In this document: one piece after another, positions 9,194 to 18,609 of the stretch
Layout of the letters: each line of letters begins with the position of its first letter
How positions within the stretch are numbered: position 1 is the stretch's first letter
Source: Gammaproteobacteria bacterium
GTDB lineage: Bacteria; Pseudomonadota; Gammaproteobacteria; Granulosicoccales; Granulosicoccaceae
Length of the DNA stretch: 64,000 nucleotides
NCBI GenBank assembly: GCA_002746645.1
Contig: PDPU01000010.1
Span: forward strand, 2,947-66,946
Reading direction: 5' to 3'
Translations under genes and position numbers: made by a program
The notes under the pieces: generated by a model
Database searches by the model: none
Told to the model about the DNA's origin: nothing
The model's input: the letters and a program-made list of their open reading frames with translations, nothing else

Positions 9194-11824
9194 TCAGTGC
9201 ACTGCTGCCGCCCCGGACGATGTAGCCTGATCGCTGAACACGAGCCCATCGGGCCCTGCGTCCACGACCACGGTATGGCCCGGTGCGAAGTCGCCCGCGA
9301 GGATCTTCTGCGCCAGCGGGTTTTCGAGTTCCTGCTGGATGGCGCGCTTGAGAGGACGCGCTCCGTACACCGGATCGAAACCGACTTCGCCGAGCCTGTC
9401 GAGCGCGCCATCGGTGATGACGAGTTCGAGGTCACGATCGGCCAGGCGTGCGCCGAGGTAGGCGGTCTGGATGGCCGCGATGCGGCGGATGTGTTCGGCC
9501 GCAAGCGGACGGAACACCACCGTTTCATCGATCCGGTTGATGAACTCGGGCCGGAAGTGCTGGCCGACGATCTCCATCACCGCACTCTTCATCTTCTCGT
9601 AGCTCTCGGCACCCTCGATGCCTTCGACATTGGCAATCTCCTGGATGGCCTGGCTGCCGAGGTTCGAGGTCATGACGACGACGGTGTTGCGGAAGTCCAC
9701 CGTGCGCCCCTGCCCGTCGGTCAGGCGCCCGTCGTCGAGCACCTGGAGAAGCACGTTGAAGACGTCCGGGTGCGCCTTCTCGACTTCGTCGAGCAGGATC
9801 ACCGAATAGGGCTTGCGTCGCACCGCTTCAGTGAGGTAGCCCCCTTCTTCGTAGCCGACATAGCCGGGAGGCGCCCCGATGAGCCGCGCCACCGAATGCT
9901 TCTCCATGAACTCCGACATGTCCACGCGAATCATCGCGTCGTCGGAATCGAACAGGAAGTCCGCGAGTGCCTTGGTGAGTTCGGTCTTGCCGACACCGGT
10001 GGGCCCGAGGAAGAGGAAGGAACCGATCGGGCGGTTGGGATCCGAAAGGCCCGCACGCGAACGACGGATCGCATCGGACACGGCCGTTACCGCTTCGTCC
10101 TGACCGACCACGCGCGTCGCGATCTCGCGCTCCATGCGCAGCAGCTTTTCCTTCTCGCCTTCCATCATCTTCGACACGGGAATTCCGGTCCACTTGGCGA
10201 CCACCTCGGCGATTTCGTCCTCGGTGACGTTGGTGCGAAGGAGTGTCATCTCCTGATCGGAGGAGTCGTCCATGGCTTCGGCAACCTGCTTCTCGAGCGC
10301 CGGAATCTGCCCGTACTGCAGTTCGGACATGCGCGCGAGATCACCCGCGCGGCGCGCGGTTTCGAGTTCGAGACGCACGCGCTCCAGCTCTTCCTTGACG
10401 TGCGCGGTGCTTTGCACACTTGCCTTCTCGCTGTTCCAGACTTCCTCGAGGTCGGCAAACTGCCTCTCGAGCTTCTCGATGTCTTCTTCGAGATCGGCAA
10501 GGCGCTGCTTCGAGGCCTCGTCGCTTTCCTTGGCAAGCGCCTCGCGCTCGATCTTCAACTGGATGAGACGACGTTCGAGGCGATCGAGTTCTTCCGGCTT
10601 GGAATCGATTTCCATGCGGATGTGCGACGCAGCCTCGTCGATGAGGTCGATGGCCTTGTCGGGAAGCTGCCGGTCGCTGATGTAGCGGTGCGAGAGCGTG
10701 GCCGCGGCGATGATGGCAGGGTCGGTGATGTCGACACCATGGTGCACTTCGTAGCGCTCCTTCAGGCCACGCAGAATGGCGATGGTGTCTTCGACGGTAG
10801 GCTCATCCACGAGCACCTTCTGGAAGCGGCGCTCGAGCGCGGCATCCTTCTCGACGTACTGGCGGTATTCATCGAGAGTGGTCGCACCGATGCAGTGAAG
10901 CTCGCCACGCGCCAGCGCGGGCTTGAGCATGTTGCCCGCATCCATGGCACCGTCGGCCTTGCCTGCACCGACCATGGTGTGAATCTCGTCGATGAAGAGA
11001 ATCACCTGCCCTTCCTGCTTGGCAAGGTCGTTCAGAACCGCCTTCAGACGCTCTTCGAATTCACCACGGAACTTCGCACCCGCGATGAGCGCGCCCATGT
11101 CGAGCGAGAGGACGCGCTTGTCCTTGATGCCATCGGGCACCTCGCCGTCGACGATGCGCTGTGCAAGGCCCTCGACGAGAGCGGTCTTGCCGACTCCGGG
11201 CTCGCCGATGAACACCGGGTTGTTCTTGGTGCGGCGCTGCAGCACCTGGATGGCACGGCGGATTTCGTCGTCACGGCCGATGACGGGATCGATCTTGCCC
11301 TGCTCGGCGCGTTCGGTGAGGTCGATGGTGTACTTCTCGAGCGCCTGACGGTTGTCTTCGGCATTCTGATCGGTGACGGGGCCGCTCTGTACCGCCTCGA
11401 TGGTCTTCTCGATGGCAGCGAGATTGGCGCCGTTGGCCACGAGGGCTTCGGCGACGGAGTTCTTCTTGTCCTCGAGTGCCGCCAGCACGAAGATTTCGGA
11501 CGAAATGTACTGGTCGCCACGCTTCCGTGCCTTCTTGTCGGTGAGGTTCAGAAGACGGTTGAGTTCGTTCGAGACGTGCAACTGCCCACCCGCACCGCCT
11601 TCGACCTGCGCCATGCCGTCGAGGGCACGGTCGAGCGCGACCCGCAGGCCGTTGACGTTCACGCCGGATTGCGCCAGCAGCGGCCTGACGCCACTGCCGT
11701 CCTGATCGAGCATCGCGGCCATGAGATGCGCCGGCTCGATGAATTGATGATCCCGCCCCAGAGCCTGGGACTGGGCATCCTGAAGTGCCAGCTGGAACTT
11801 GCTGGTCAGTTTGTCCATTCGCAT
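9194..11824 (-). CDS. clpB: ATP-dependent disaggregase ClpB
   Basis: [12 protein letters not shown]-terminus, two AAA+ modules ([16 protein letters not shown]), middle coiled coil. Confidence 0.97.
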   Translation of the reverse strand: MRMDKLTSKFQLALQDAQSQALGRDHQFIEPAHLMAAMLDQDGSGVRPLLAQSGVNVNGLRVALDRALDGMAQVEGGAGGQLHVSNELNRLLNLTDKKARKRGDQYISSEIFVLAALEDKKNSVAEALVANGANLAAIEKTIEAVQSGPVTDQNAEDNRQALEKYTIDLTERAEQGKIDPVIGRDDEIRRAIQVLQRRTKNNPVFIGEPGVGKTALVEGLAQRIVDGEVPDGIKDKRVLSLDMGALIAGAKFRGEFEERLKAVLNDLAKQEGQVILFIDEIHTMVGAGKADGAMDAGNMLKPALARGELHCIGATTLDEYRQYVEKDAALERRFQKVLVDEPTVEDTIAILRGLKERYEVHHGVDITDPAIIAAATLSHRYISDRQLPDKAIDLIDEAASHIRMEIDSKPEELDRLERRLIQLKIEREALAKESDEASKQRLADLEEDIEKLERQFADLEEVWNSEKASVQSTAHVKEELERVRLELETARRAGDLARMSELQYGQIPALEKQVAEAMDDSSDQEMTLLRTNVTEDEIAEVVAKWTGIPVSKMMEGEKEKLLRMEREIATRVVGQDEAVTAVSDAIRRSRAGLSDPNRPIGSFLFLGPTGVGKTELTKALADFLFDSDDAMIRVDMSEFMEKHSVARLIGAPPGYVGYEEGGYLTEAVRRKPYSVILLDEVEKAHPDVFNVLLQVLDDGRLTDGQGRTVDFRNTVVVMTSNLGSQAIQEIANVEGIEGAESYEKMKSAVMEIVGQHFRPEFINRIDETVVFRPLAAEHIRRIAAIQTAYLGARLADRDLELVITDGALDRLGEVGFDPVYGARPLKRAIQQELENPLAQKILAGDFAPGHTVVVDAGPDGLVFSDQATSSGAAAVH

Positions 11825-11912
11825 GGTTCAACTCCTGGAAATCGGTGATAAAGACATTGAAGACTCGGGTTGACGCGCCGACTTCGCAGGTGGCGCGTTA
11901 TGGATGCTTTCA

Positions 11913-11940
11913 ATGTGGGGGTTCCGGGGCGTTGATCAAG
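11913..11940 (-). promoter_or_regulatory. Sigma-32 promoter of clpB
   Basis: Minus strand CTTGAT-N14-CCCCACAT. Confidence 0.6.
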
Positions 11941-11990
11941 ATACCGCGGACAGAACGAAATGAACCTTGTTCACATGGAAAGGCTGCCGG

Positions 11991-12428
11991 TCAATCTCGC
12001 TTCACCAGCCCGAATCCGATTGCTCGCGAACGTTTGTGCACAGCGTCGAAGACTTCCCTGGCCAGCTTGAAAGGAAGAGCGCCGTAGATCCACTCTCCAT
12101 CAGGAGTAGGCACCACCCCCTGTGGAAGCCCCAGAGCTGGCCAGGACAAGGTATTGACCTGATGAGTCTTGATCCACGAAGGTGCATCATCAAGCCCCAG
12201 GTGACGAGCAACTTTCGCAGGTAAGGGAATAGCATCTTCGCCCAGTTCCGGAGGAGAGTGAGTGACAGGGACAACAACCACCTCCCGGCTTCCATCAGGC
12301 GCCGGTTTGGTAATGATCACGACAGCGCAAGGCCGATCCTTGGCGCCATGAACTCGCCCCTCCAACTGTTCTTCCTTCCAGAGAAAATCGTAGCGAATGA
12401 CGTCGCCGAGCCTTGGTATGAGTTTCAT
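11991..12428 (-). CDS. PemK/MazF-like toxin
   Basis: P..GDVIRY..LW..E...G...G.KDRPC.VV, VVPVTHSPP, GLDD..SWI; coupled to the upstream antitoxin. Confidence 0.7.
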   Translation of the reverse strand: MKLIPRLGDVIRYDFLWKEEQLEGRVHGAKDRPCAVVIITKPAPDGSREVVVVPVTHSPPELGEDAIPLPAKVARHLGLDDAPSWIKTHQVNTLSWPALGLPQGVVPTPDGEWIYGALPFKLAREVFDAVHKRSRAIGFGLVKRD

Positions 12429-12689
12429 CTAGTCCATTAAATGATCGAGATCGGGCGTTGGTTTGCCCTGATATCCCTTCTCCAGCTCCTGCTTCAACTC
12501 TTCACTGAGTTCATGCGGGTAAAGGGCCTGTCGAGTGTCAAGAGCCTTGAGCCGCTGATACTCGCCAACATCTATGAGAATGCGATAAGGGCGATCATGA
12601 CGTGTGATGAGCACCGGGTGCTTACCGGATGCTTCCAGGTACTTTCCTGACCGCGTCTGGAATTCCGTTGAGGTTACGCTGGTTGTCAT
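12429..12689 (-). CDS. Phd/YefM-family antitoxin
   Basis: VTSTEFQ...G.Y.E.....PVLITRHDRP..IL....EYQRLK; acidic tail. Confidence 0.8.
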   Translation of the reverse strand: MTTSVTSTEFQTRSGKYLEASGKHPVLITRHDRPYRILIDVGEYQRLKALDTRQALYPHELSEELKQELEKGYQGKPTPDLDHLMD

Positions 12690-12710
12690 GGCCGCTCCAC
12701 GGGCATCTCA

Positions 12711-12748
12711 ATAATAACCATAATAGCCATTCTAGCTATTCTGGTCAA
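12711..12748 (-). promoter_or_regulatory. Promoter and 9-bp repeated operator of the Phd-PemK operon
   Basis: Minus strand TTGACC-N17-TATTAT, overlapped by ataataacc/ataatagcc/attctagct/attct repeats (plus strand). Confidence 0.6.
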
Positions 12749-12769
12749 TATCTATCTGAACGCTTACCG

Positions 12770-12836
12770 GAGACACCGCATCCTCTGCTGCATCGGCGAT
12801 GTGACCCAGCAAGACAGCGAGTTACGTGCTGTTCAT
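12770..12836 (-). pseudogene. Truncated HEPN (DUF86-like) toxin remnant
   Basis: An ATG overlapping the MNT stop (ATGA) reads MNST*LAVLLGHIADAAEDAV, resembling a DUF86 N-terminus with an in-frame stop; nothing recognisable follows. Confidence 0.45.
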
Positions 12837-13110
12837 ACAGGTCGAGCTTGAGACAACACCGCTTCAAGCACCTTGGGTGGCAAGTCACCCGGTACGAGAA
12901 GGTCGACGGTGACACCGAGCGTTTCCTGCAATTCGTCCTGCATGCCACCCAGATCCAGCAAGGTGGTTCCAGGCAAAGGATCAACCAGAATATCGAGATC
13001 ACTTTTCTCGGTGTCTGTTCCCTGCACCACCGAGCCGAAAACACGTGAGTCGGACCCTCGCGGTATCGGCTTGCAATCTCACGCCGCGCCGCACCCCGTC
13101 GCGCCGCCAC
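12833..13110 (-). pseudogene. Minimal nucleotidyltransferase (MNT, COG1669-like) antitoxin, frameshifted
   Basis: One frame gives RVFGSVVQGTDTEKSDLDILVDPLPGTTLLDLGG...LGVTVDL (GS...DxD). The N-terminal REIASRYR lies in another frame and has no clear start. Confidence 0.7.
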
Positions 13111-13121
13111 GAAACGAGCGC

Positions 13122-13895
13122 TCAGGTCATCCTGGTGCTGTCCAGGGATCGGGATCCAACGCCGGCATCTCGCTCGAGATACCTGGCAAACGCTGCAACA
13201 ACAAGGTGCAGCACGATGGCCATGAGCGCCAGCACGAAAAGGCTTGCAAACATCAGATCGGTCTTTGCCCGGCCATTGGCAAGCAGCATCAAATAGCCCA
13301 AACCCCGCGAGGCCCCCACCCATTCACCGATAACGGCACCGATAGGCGCATAGACGGCGGCGAGCTTGAGGCCTGTTCCAAGCGATGGCATGGCGTGCGG
13401 AATCCTGATGCGCAGCATGACCTGGTACCTGGTGGCGCACATCGTGTCGGCAAGATCAAGAAAACCGGATGGCACACGATTCAACCCGTCGTAAAAGGCG
13501 CTTGTTACCGGGAAGAAAATGATCAGCACCGCCATCATGACCTTTGATGCGATACCGTAGCCAAGCCAGAGCGTCAGAATCGGTGCAAGGACAAAAAACG
13601 GAGCCGCCTGTGTGAATACGAGAATCGGCATGATCAGCCGGTGCAGCCGATCCGACCATGTGAGCTGCACTCCGGCAACAGCGCCCAGCGTCGCGCCGAT
13701 CACGAGGCCAAGCACCACTTCCAGGAAAGTGATGCTGGCATGACTCATGAGAGTCAGCCGATTTTCCCAGGCCGCAGTTGCCACCAGCAACGGGGAAGGC
13801 AGGATGAATGGCGGCGCCTGTGTCAGCCAGACAACAGCCTGCCACAGGCCCAGGAGAACGACAGACGCTCCAGGAGCATAGCGTATCCGCGTCAT
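13122..13895 (-). CDS. ABC permease, ThiX/SsuC-like (HMP/FAMP uptake)
   Basis: PPFILPSP, EAA-like loop, AVIGEWVGASRGLGYLM; last gene of the thi operon. Confidence 0.85.
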   Translation of the reverse strand: MTRIRYAPGASVVLLGLWQAVVWLTQAPPFILPSPLLVATAAWENRLTLMSHASITFLEVVLGLVIGATLGAVAGVQLTWSDRLHRLIMPILVFTQAAPFFVLAPILTLWLGYGIASKVMMAVLIIFFPVTSAFYDGLNRVPSGFLDLADTMCATRYQVMLRIRIPHAMPSLGTGLKLAAVYAPIGAVIGEWVGASRGLGYLMLLANGRAKTDLMFASLFVLALMAIVLHLVVAAFARYLERDAGVGSRSLDSTRMT

Positions 13896-14620
13896 CGCAA
13901 AGCCCGTAGTCGCGCCATGAGATCGGACAGGTTCGCGACGATCTCGGGCGCGTAGATATCCCGCAAGGGCAAGGTTGACGGTAGTGGCCAGCTTTGCGCC
14001 CTCCGTGAAGTGAAAACGATGACCTGGTGACCAAGTCGTATCGCTTCGGCCGGATCGTGCGTGACCAGCAACACCGTCCTGCCGGCGAGCATCTCGCCAG
14101 TGAGTTCCTGCATTTCTGCACGTGTACTTGCATCCAGGGCTGAAAAGGGCTCGTCAAGGAAGGCGATCGGGCGGTTTTCCATCAGCGTGCGGGCCAGCGC
14201 CGTTCGCTGGCGCATCCCGCCCGACAGCTCACCCGGTTTCCTGGTCTGATGATCGCCCAGCCCGACACGGTGCAGAAGCTCCTGCGCACGCGCAATGTCC
14301 GGCTTGTCGCCACGCAGGCGTGCGCCCAGGACGGTGTTTTCCAACACGTCGAGCCATGGCAGAAGAAGATCATCCTGTGCCATGAGGCTGGCACGCCCAG
14401 CGACTGGTCTGGTGTCCGATGTGGTGATCGTTCCATCAAACCTCCCGGCACAGTCCAGACCGGCCATCAGCCGAAGGAGTGTTGTTTTTCCGACACCCGA
14501 GCGCCCGAGCACGCAGGTCCATTGCCCGGCAGGCAACGTGATCTCCACCGGACCGAAGAGCGTCACGTCCGCGAGAACGTGACGGCCTTTCAGCGAGATG
14601 GCAGGTGCGACGTCGAGCAT
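13892..14620 (-). CDS. ABC ATPase, ThiZ/SsuB-like
   Basis: GRSGVGKT, LSGGMRQR, LDEPFSALD, VTHD. Confidence 0.88.
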   Translation of the reverse strand: MLDVAPAISLKGRHVLADVTLFGPVEITLPAGQWTCVLGRSGVGKTTLLRLMAGLDCAGRFDGTITTSDTRPVAGRASLMAQDDLLLPWLDVLENTVLGARLRGDKPDIARAQELLHRVGLGDHQTRKPGELSGGMRQRTALARTLMENRPIAFLDEPFSALDASTRAEMQELTGEMLAGRTVLLVTHDPAEAIRLGHQVIVFTSRRAQSWPLPSTLPLRDIYAPEIVANLSDLMARLRALR

Positions 14621-15303
14621 GCGCCGCGCAGCCCCATGTCCCAGAACCCGACCTCAAGCCTTGTTGCCACGGCAAAGCGCTGTTGCAGCCGCTGCCAACG
14701 GGGGGCGTGCTCGGGATCGGGCCCCAGACGCAGCGCGACTGCACCGTCAATCATTGTCCCGACGGATTGCATGGCCTGCTGATACTCGGCCCCGGCATAG
14801 GTTTCGATCCAGGTGCGATAGGGCGTATCGTTCGGTGCCTCTCTGGACAGACGCAGGCCGATTTCACCATAGCCAAGACAACAGGGTGCAAGCGCGGCCA
14901 TCAGGTCAAGAAAATCCCCTTGCATCCCGGCATCCAGCACATAGCGAGTGTATGCAAGGTTTTCGAGTTCTTCGAGGGCGGTAAACAAGGCCTCTTCGTC
15001 GACCCCTTCGGCAGCGCATGTCTTCACATGCAGATCCATCTCGAAATTAACCAGCACATCCAGAATACGGGCGCAGACCTTCATCTCGTCAAGTGTTTCC
15101 GCCTTGACGACACCCATCGACCAGGCGCGCGAAAAGTGCACCAGAAAGACATAGTCCTGAATCAGATAGTGCAGGAACGCCGCGCGGGGCAGCGTGCCAT
15201 CACGCAGCCCCTCGACGAACCTGTGGTGGGTATAGGCACGCCACGTTTCAGGGCACCCGGCGCGCCAGAGTTCAAAGACCTGCCCGTAAGTTGCGCCGCT
15301 CAT
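14590..15303 (-). CDS. tenA: Thiaminase II / aminopyrimidine aminohydrolase TenA
   Basis: H.FV..L.DGTL....F..YLIQDY.FL, catalytic ALAPC..GY, Y..WI.TY, E..FWDMG. Confidence 0.9.
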   Translation of the reverse strand: MSGATYGQVFELWRAGCPETWRAYTHHRFVEGLRDGTLPRAAFLHYLIQDYVFLVHFSRAWSMGVVKAETLDEMKVCARILDVLVNFEMDLHVKTCAAEGVDEEALFTALEELENLAYTRYVLDAGMQGDFLDLMAALAPCCLGYGEIGLRLSREAPNDTPYRTWIETYAGAEYQQAMQSVGTMIDGAVALRLGPDPEHAPRWQRLQQRFAVATRLEVGFWDMGLRGACSTSHLPSR

Positions 15304-16238
15304 TGCGCGGCCAGATCCGTGGCGATGCGGGAGACGGGTCCGACTCCGGAGATCAGACCCGCCTCGTGCAGGAAGGTCTCGAACTGCGCATATCGACCGG
15401 TATCCAGAGCCGCAGGCCGCAGGGCGAAACGCGGCAACGTGTCGATCCAGGCGCGGCGGTTCAACTCATCGTCCAGTTCGGGGGAGGTGTCGGCAAAAAT
15501 CTCCCAGCTTTCTTCGGGGTGGTTGATGATGTAATGGGTGGCCCGTTCCGTCGCCTGCAGAAAGCGGAGAATCATGTCGGCGTTCATGGTGTCGGGGTTG
15601 GCTACATAGATCAGCTCGTCATAGGGCGGCAGCCCTTCTTCTTCGACATGGAAGCAGCGACCCGGCACACCTTCGATATCCATCTGGTTCAGCTCGAAAT
15701 TGCGAAAGGCACCGATCACCGCATCGACCTGACCCGACATCAGCGATGGCGAAAGCGACCAGTTCACGTTGACCAGTTCGATGTCGTCCAGCGACAAGCC
15801 GTGGTTGCGCAGAATATGCGCCAGAACCGCTTCCTCGACACCACCGACCGAAAAGCCGACGCGGCGGTCTTCAAGATCTGCTGGCGATTTCACGGGGCCT
15901 CGCTCCAGCGTGAGCAGACAGTTGAGCGGAGTTGCAACCAGCGTCCCGACCCGCAGCAAAGACAGCCCTTCGCGAACCTGAAGGTGCAACTGTGGTTGAT
16001 AGGAAATGGCCAGATCCGCCTTGCCGGCAGCCACCTGTTTTGGCGGATCCGATGGATCGGCCGGCGCGATGATCTCGACCGTCAGATCCACATCGTCGAA
16101 GTAGCCCAGTTCTTCGGCCAGAATGACGGGAGCATGATCGGGGTTCACGAACCAGTCCAGCAGGAGTGTCATCCGATCCCTCGCCAGCGCTGGCGCGGCC
16201 ATCAATGCAAGTACCAGTATCGTGAAGACTGTTTTCAT
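15300..16238 (-). CDS. ThiY/NMT1-THI5-like substrate-binding protein
   Basis: Signal peptide, LDWFVNPDHAP, PADPSDPP, ISYQPQL, GAFRNFE, PPYDELI. Confidence 0.87.
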   Translation of the reverse strand: MKTVFTILVLALMAAPALARDRMTLLLDWFVNPDHAPVILAEELGYFDDVDLTVEIIAPADPSDPPKQVAAGKADLAISYQPQLHLQVREGLSLLRVGTLVATPLNCLLTLERGPVKSPADLEDRRVGFSVGGVEEAVLAHILRNHGLSLDDIELVNVNWSLSPSLMSGQVDAVIGAFRNFELNQMDIEGVPGRCFHVEEEGLPPYDELIYVANPDTMNADMILRFLQATERATHYIINHPEESWEIFADTSPELDDELNRRAWIDTLPRFALRPAALDTGRYAQFETFLHEAGLISGVGPVSRIATDLAAQ

Positions 16239-17050
16239 GAGCGTTCTCCTTGCGCGGTATGGAATGTCGCGAAATGATGCGTGGGGCCGTGGCCTGTACC
16301 GACGCTCAGCGCGTCGGCATGGGCGATGGCCGTTGAAACATAGGTCTTGGCGGCACTGACAGCAGCCGACAGGTCCAGTCCGAAGGCCAGCTTCGCCGCC
16401 AGGGCCGAAGACAGGGTGCATCCTGTGCCGTGCGTGTTTCCCGGAGCAATGCGCACGCTGTCGAACCAGGTCGTGCCGTCGGCGGTGACAAGACAGTCGG
16501 GGCTGTGCCCGTCATCGAGATGCCCACCCTTGATCAGCACCGCCTGCGGACCATACGCGAGCAGCGCCTTGCCCTGAGCCGCCATTGCGTCACGCGTGGT
16601 TGCAGTTTCCGTTTCCAGCAGATGCGCCGCCTCCGGCAGGTTCGGCGTCAGGACCCGCGCCAGAGGCAACAGGCACTCGCGCAGCACAGCCACCGCGTCG
16701 GCTTGCAGCAGTGGCGTACCGCCCTTGGCAATCATCACCGGATCCAGTACGACCGGCGTCCTGGTGGCCGCCAGTGCCTGCGCAACGGCCTGCGCGATCT
16801 CGGCGGTGGCGATCATGCCGACCTTGACGGCGTCAACTCGGACATCCTCGAACACATCCCTGATCTGAGCCGCAACGAAATCGGGCGGCACCACGTGGAT
16901 GCCGCTGACACCGATGGTGTTTTGCGCCGTCAGGGCCGTCACGGCCGCCATGGCAAAGGCACCATTGGCGGAAATGGCCTTGATATCGGCCTGGATGCCG
17001 GCACCACCGGATGGGTCCGAACCTGCAATGCTCAATACATTGGGAATCAT
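16235..17050 (-). CDS. thiD: Hydroxymethylpyrimidine/phosphomethylpyrimidine kinase
   Basis: LSIAGSDPSGGAGIQADIK, DPVMIAKGG, TPNLPEA, KGGH, NTHGTGCTLSS. Confidence 0.95.
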   Translation of the reverse strand: MIPNVLSIAGSDPSGGAGIQADIKAISANGAFAMAAVTALTAQNTIGVSGIHVVPPDFVAAQIRDVFEDVRVDAVKVGMIATAEIAQAVAQALAATRTPVVLDPVMIAKGGTPLLQADAVAVLRECLLPLARVLTPNLPEAAHLLETETATTRDAMAAQGKALLAYGPQAVLIKGGHLDDGHSPDCLVTADGTTWFDSVRIAPGNTHGTGCTLSSALAAKLAFGLDLSAAVSAAKTYVSTAIAHADALSVGTGHGPTHHFATFHTAQGERS

Positions 17051-17682
17051 GGTCGTTTTTCCGATTCGGCGAAAGCCCGCGTTGCGGCCAGGATGTCGGG
17101 CTGACCACAGATCGCGGAAACAATGGCTGAGCCATCGGCGCCGCATTGCAGCACCGCTTGATGGTGTTCAGCCTTCAGCCCGCCAATGGCCACCGTCGGC
17201 AGTACCGACTGCGTCACGAGCCGGGCCAGACCATCAAGCCCGAAAGGCAGTCCGTGATCGGGCTTGGTGGTGGTGCCGAAGACCGGCCCGAGGCCAAGAT
17301 AGTCAACGAGAGCGGGGTCGGCGGCGTTCACCTCGTCGAGGCTTCCGCACGAGAGCCCCAGTATCCTGTCCGGCCCCAGCAGGGCACGGGCCTCGGCGGG
17401 TGAAACATCTCCCTGTCCGATATGCACCCCGTCCACACCGGCGATCCGAGCCGCCTCCACATCGTCATTGATGACAAGCGGTACATCGGTGCCGCGCAGC
17501 ACCTCTTTCAGCGCCTGCGCCTTCGCCACACGCAACTCCGTCGTGCTGTCCTTGTCGCGCAGCTGCACCATCGTCACGCCGGCGGAAACGGCCTGCCGGA
17601 CGGTTTCCTCCACGCCCGGGCCGGCACACAGGTGCGGGTCGGTCACCAGATACAGTCGCAATCGAGCAATCAATCGGTTCAT
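17047..17682 (-). CDS. thiE: Thiamine-phosphate synthase
   Basis: LYLVTD, VQLRDK, INDD, GVHIGQGD, DYLGLGPVF.T.TK, VAIGG. Confidence 0.94.
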   Translation of the reverse strand: MNRLIARLRLYLVTDPHLCAGPGVEETVRQAVSAGVTMVQLRDKDSTTELRVAKAQALKEVLRGTDVPLVINDDVEAARIAGVDGVHIGQGDVSPAEARALLGPDRILGLSCGSLDEVNAADPALVDYLGLGPVFGTTTKPDHGLPFGLDGLARLVTQSVLPTVAIGGLKAEHHQAVLQCGADGSAIVSAICGQPDILAATRAFAESEKRP

Positions 17683-18455
17683 GAGAGAATCACCTCTGCC
17701 AGTTCGTCGGACTGCGTTGCGGCCAGTGCGTCGAGGAAATGCACCTGGAAACTGCCGGGGCCCTGCGCCTTTGCCGCCGCCGCGGTACCCGCACACTTGA
17801 AATGTGCCGTGGCACCAAGCGCCGCGTCAAAAGCAGGACCGACGGCGACGTAGGCCCCCATCAGCGCAGTCAGCGCGCACCCCAGCCCGGTAACCAGCGG
17901 CATGATCTCCGAGCCGCCACGCACCCGTGCTTCGGCTTTGCCATCGGTCACGAAATCTACGGGACCGGTAACGGCCACCACAAGGTCATTTTCCCGGGCA
18001 AGTACCCGCGCTGCCTCTTCGGCCGCTTCGACCGGATCACCGCTGTCGACACCCTTGCCGGTTCCGGCCTGCCCGGCCAGGGTGATGATCTCGGACGCAT
18101 TGCCACGCACAATTGCCGGACGCCGTGCCAGCAGATCCTGCGCGGCCTGCTGGCGAAACCCGCTGATGAAGTGGGCTACCGGATCGAGAACCCACGGAAT
18201 GTTCCGTGCGTTCGCAACGTCGGCAGCGGCCTTCATGCTGACCAGCCAAGGGGCGGACAACGTGCCGATATTGATCGTCAACGCACCGCACAACGGCGTG
18301 AAATCGGCCATTTCCTCTGGCGCGTGAACCATCGCTGGGGACGCTCCGACGGCCAGCACCACATTCGCGGCCACGTTCATGGCCACGTAATTGGTGATGC
18401 AATGCACCAGCGGGGCTTGCTCGCGGAGTGGGGTAAGCAGCGACTTACGCATCAT
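17679..18455 (-). CDS. thiM: Hydroxyethylthiazole kinase
   Basis: PLVHCITNYVAMN..AN, INIGTL, VLDPVA, RGNASEI, VTGLGCAL. Confidence 0.94.
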   Translation of the reverse strand: MMRKSLLTPLREQAPLVHCITNYVAMNVAANVVLAVGASPAMVHAPEEMADFTPLCGALTINIGTLSAPWLVSMKAAADVANARNIPWVLDPVAHFISGFRQQAAQDLLARRPAIVRGNASEIITLAGQAGTGKGVDSGDPVEAAEEAARVLARENDLVVAVTGPVDFVTDGKAEARVRGGSEIMPLVTGLGCALTALMGAYVAVGPAFDAALGATAHFKCAGTAAAAKAQGPGSFQVHFLDALAATQSDELAEVILS

Positions 18456-18499
18456 GATCTTCCTTTCGGGCTACGAAAGAAAGATCGGTCAAGGAGCCG

Positions 18500-18590
18500 C
18501 CTCGACCATACCTCCCTCCGCCAGCATTATCCGGTTCAGGTTCAAAGGGTACGTCTCAGCTTTTCAGCGCCCCTGGTGATTCCCATGCTA
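18500..18590 (-). ncRNA. TPP riboswitch
   Basis: Minus strand GGGGCGC..GCTGAGA..ACCCTTTGAACCTGAACCGGATAATGCTGGCGGAGGGA, upstream of thiM. Confidence 0.93.
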
Positions 18591-18609
18591 GCGCCCGACA
18601 TCATGGTCG

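Noticed and set aside
9197-11848. Very long antisense ORFs (883 aa opposite clpB; also 802-2703, 27516-29189, 37540-39216, 45630-46877 and others)
   Set aside because: They mirror well-conserved genes on the other strand and have no recognisable motifs; such shadow ORFs are expected from high-GC codon bias.
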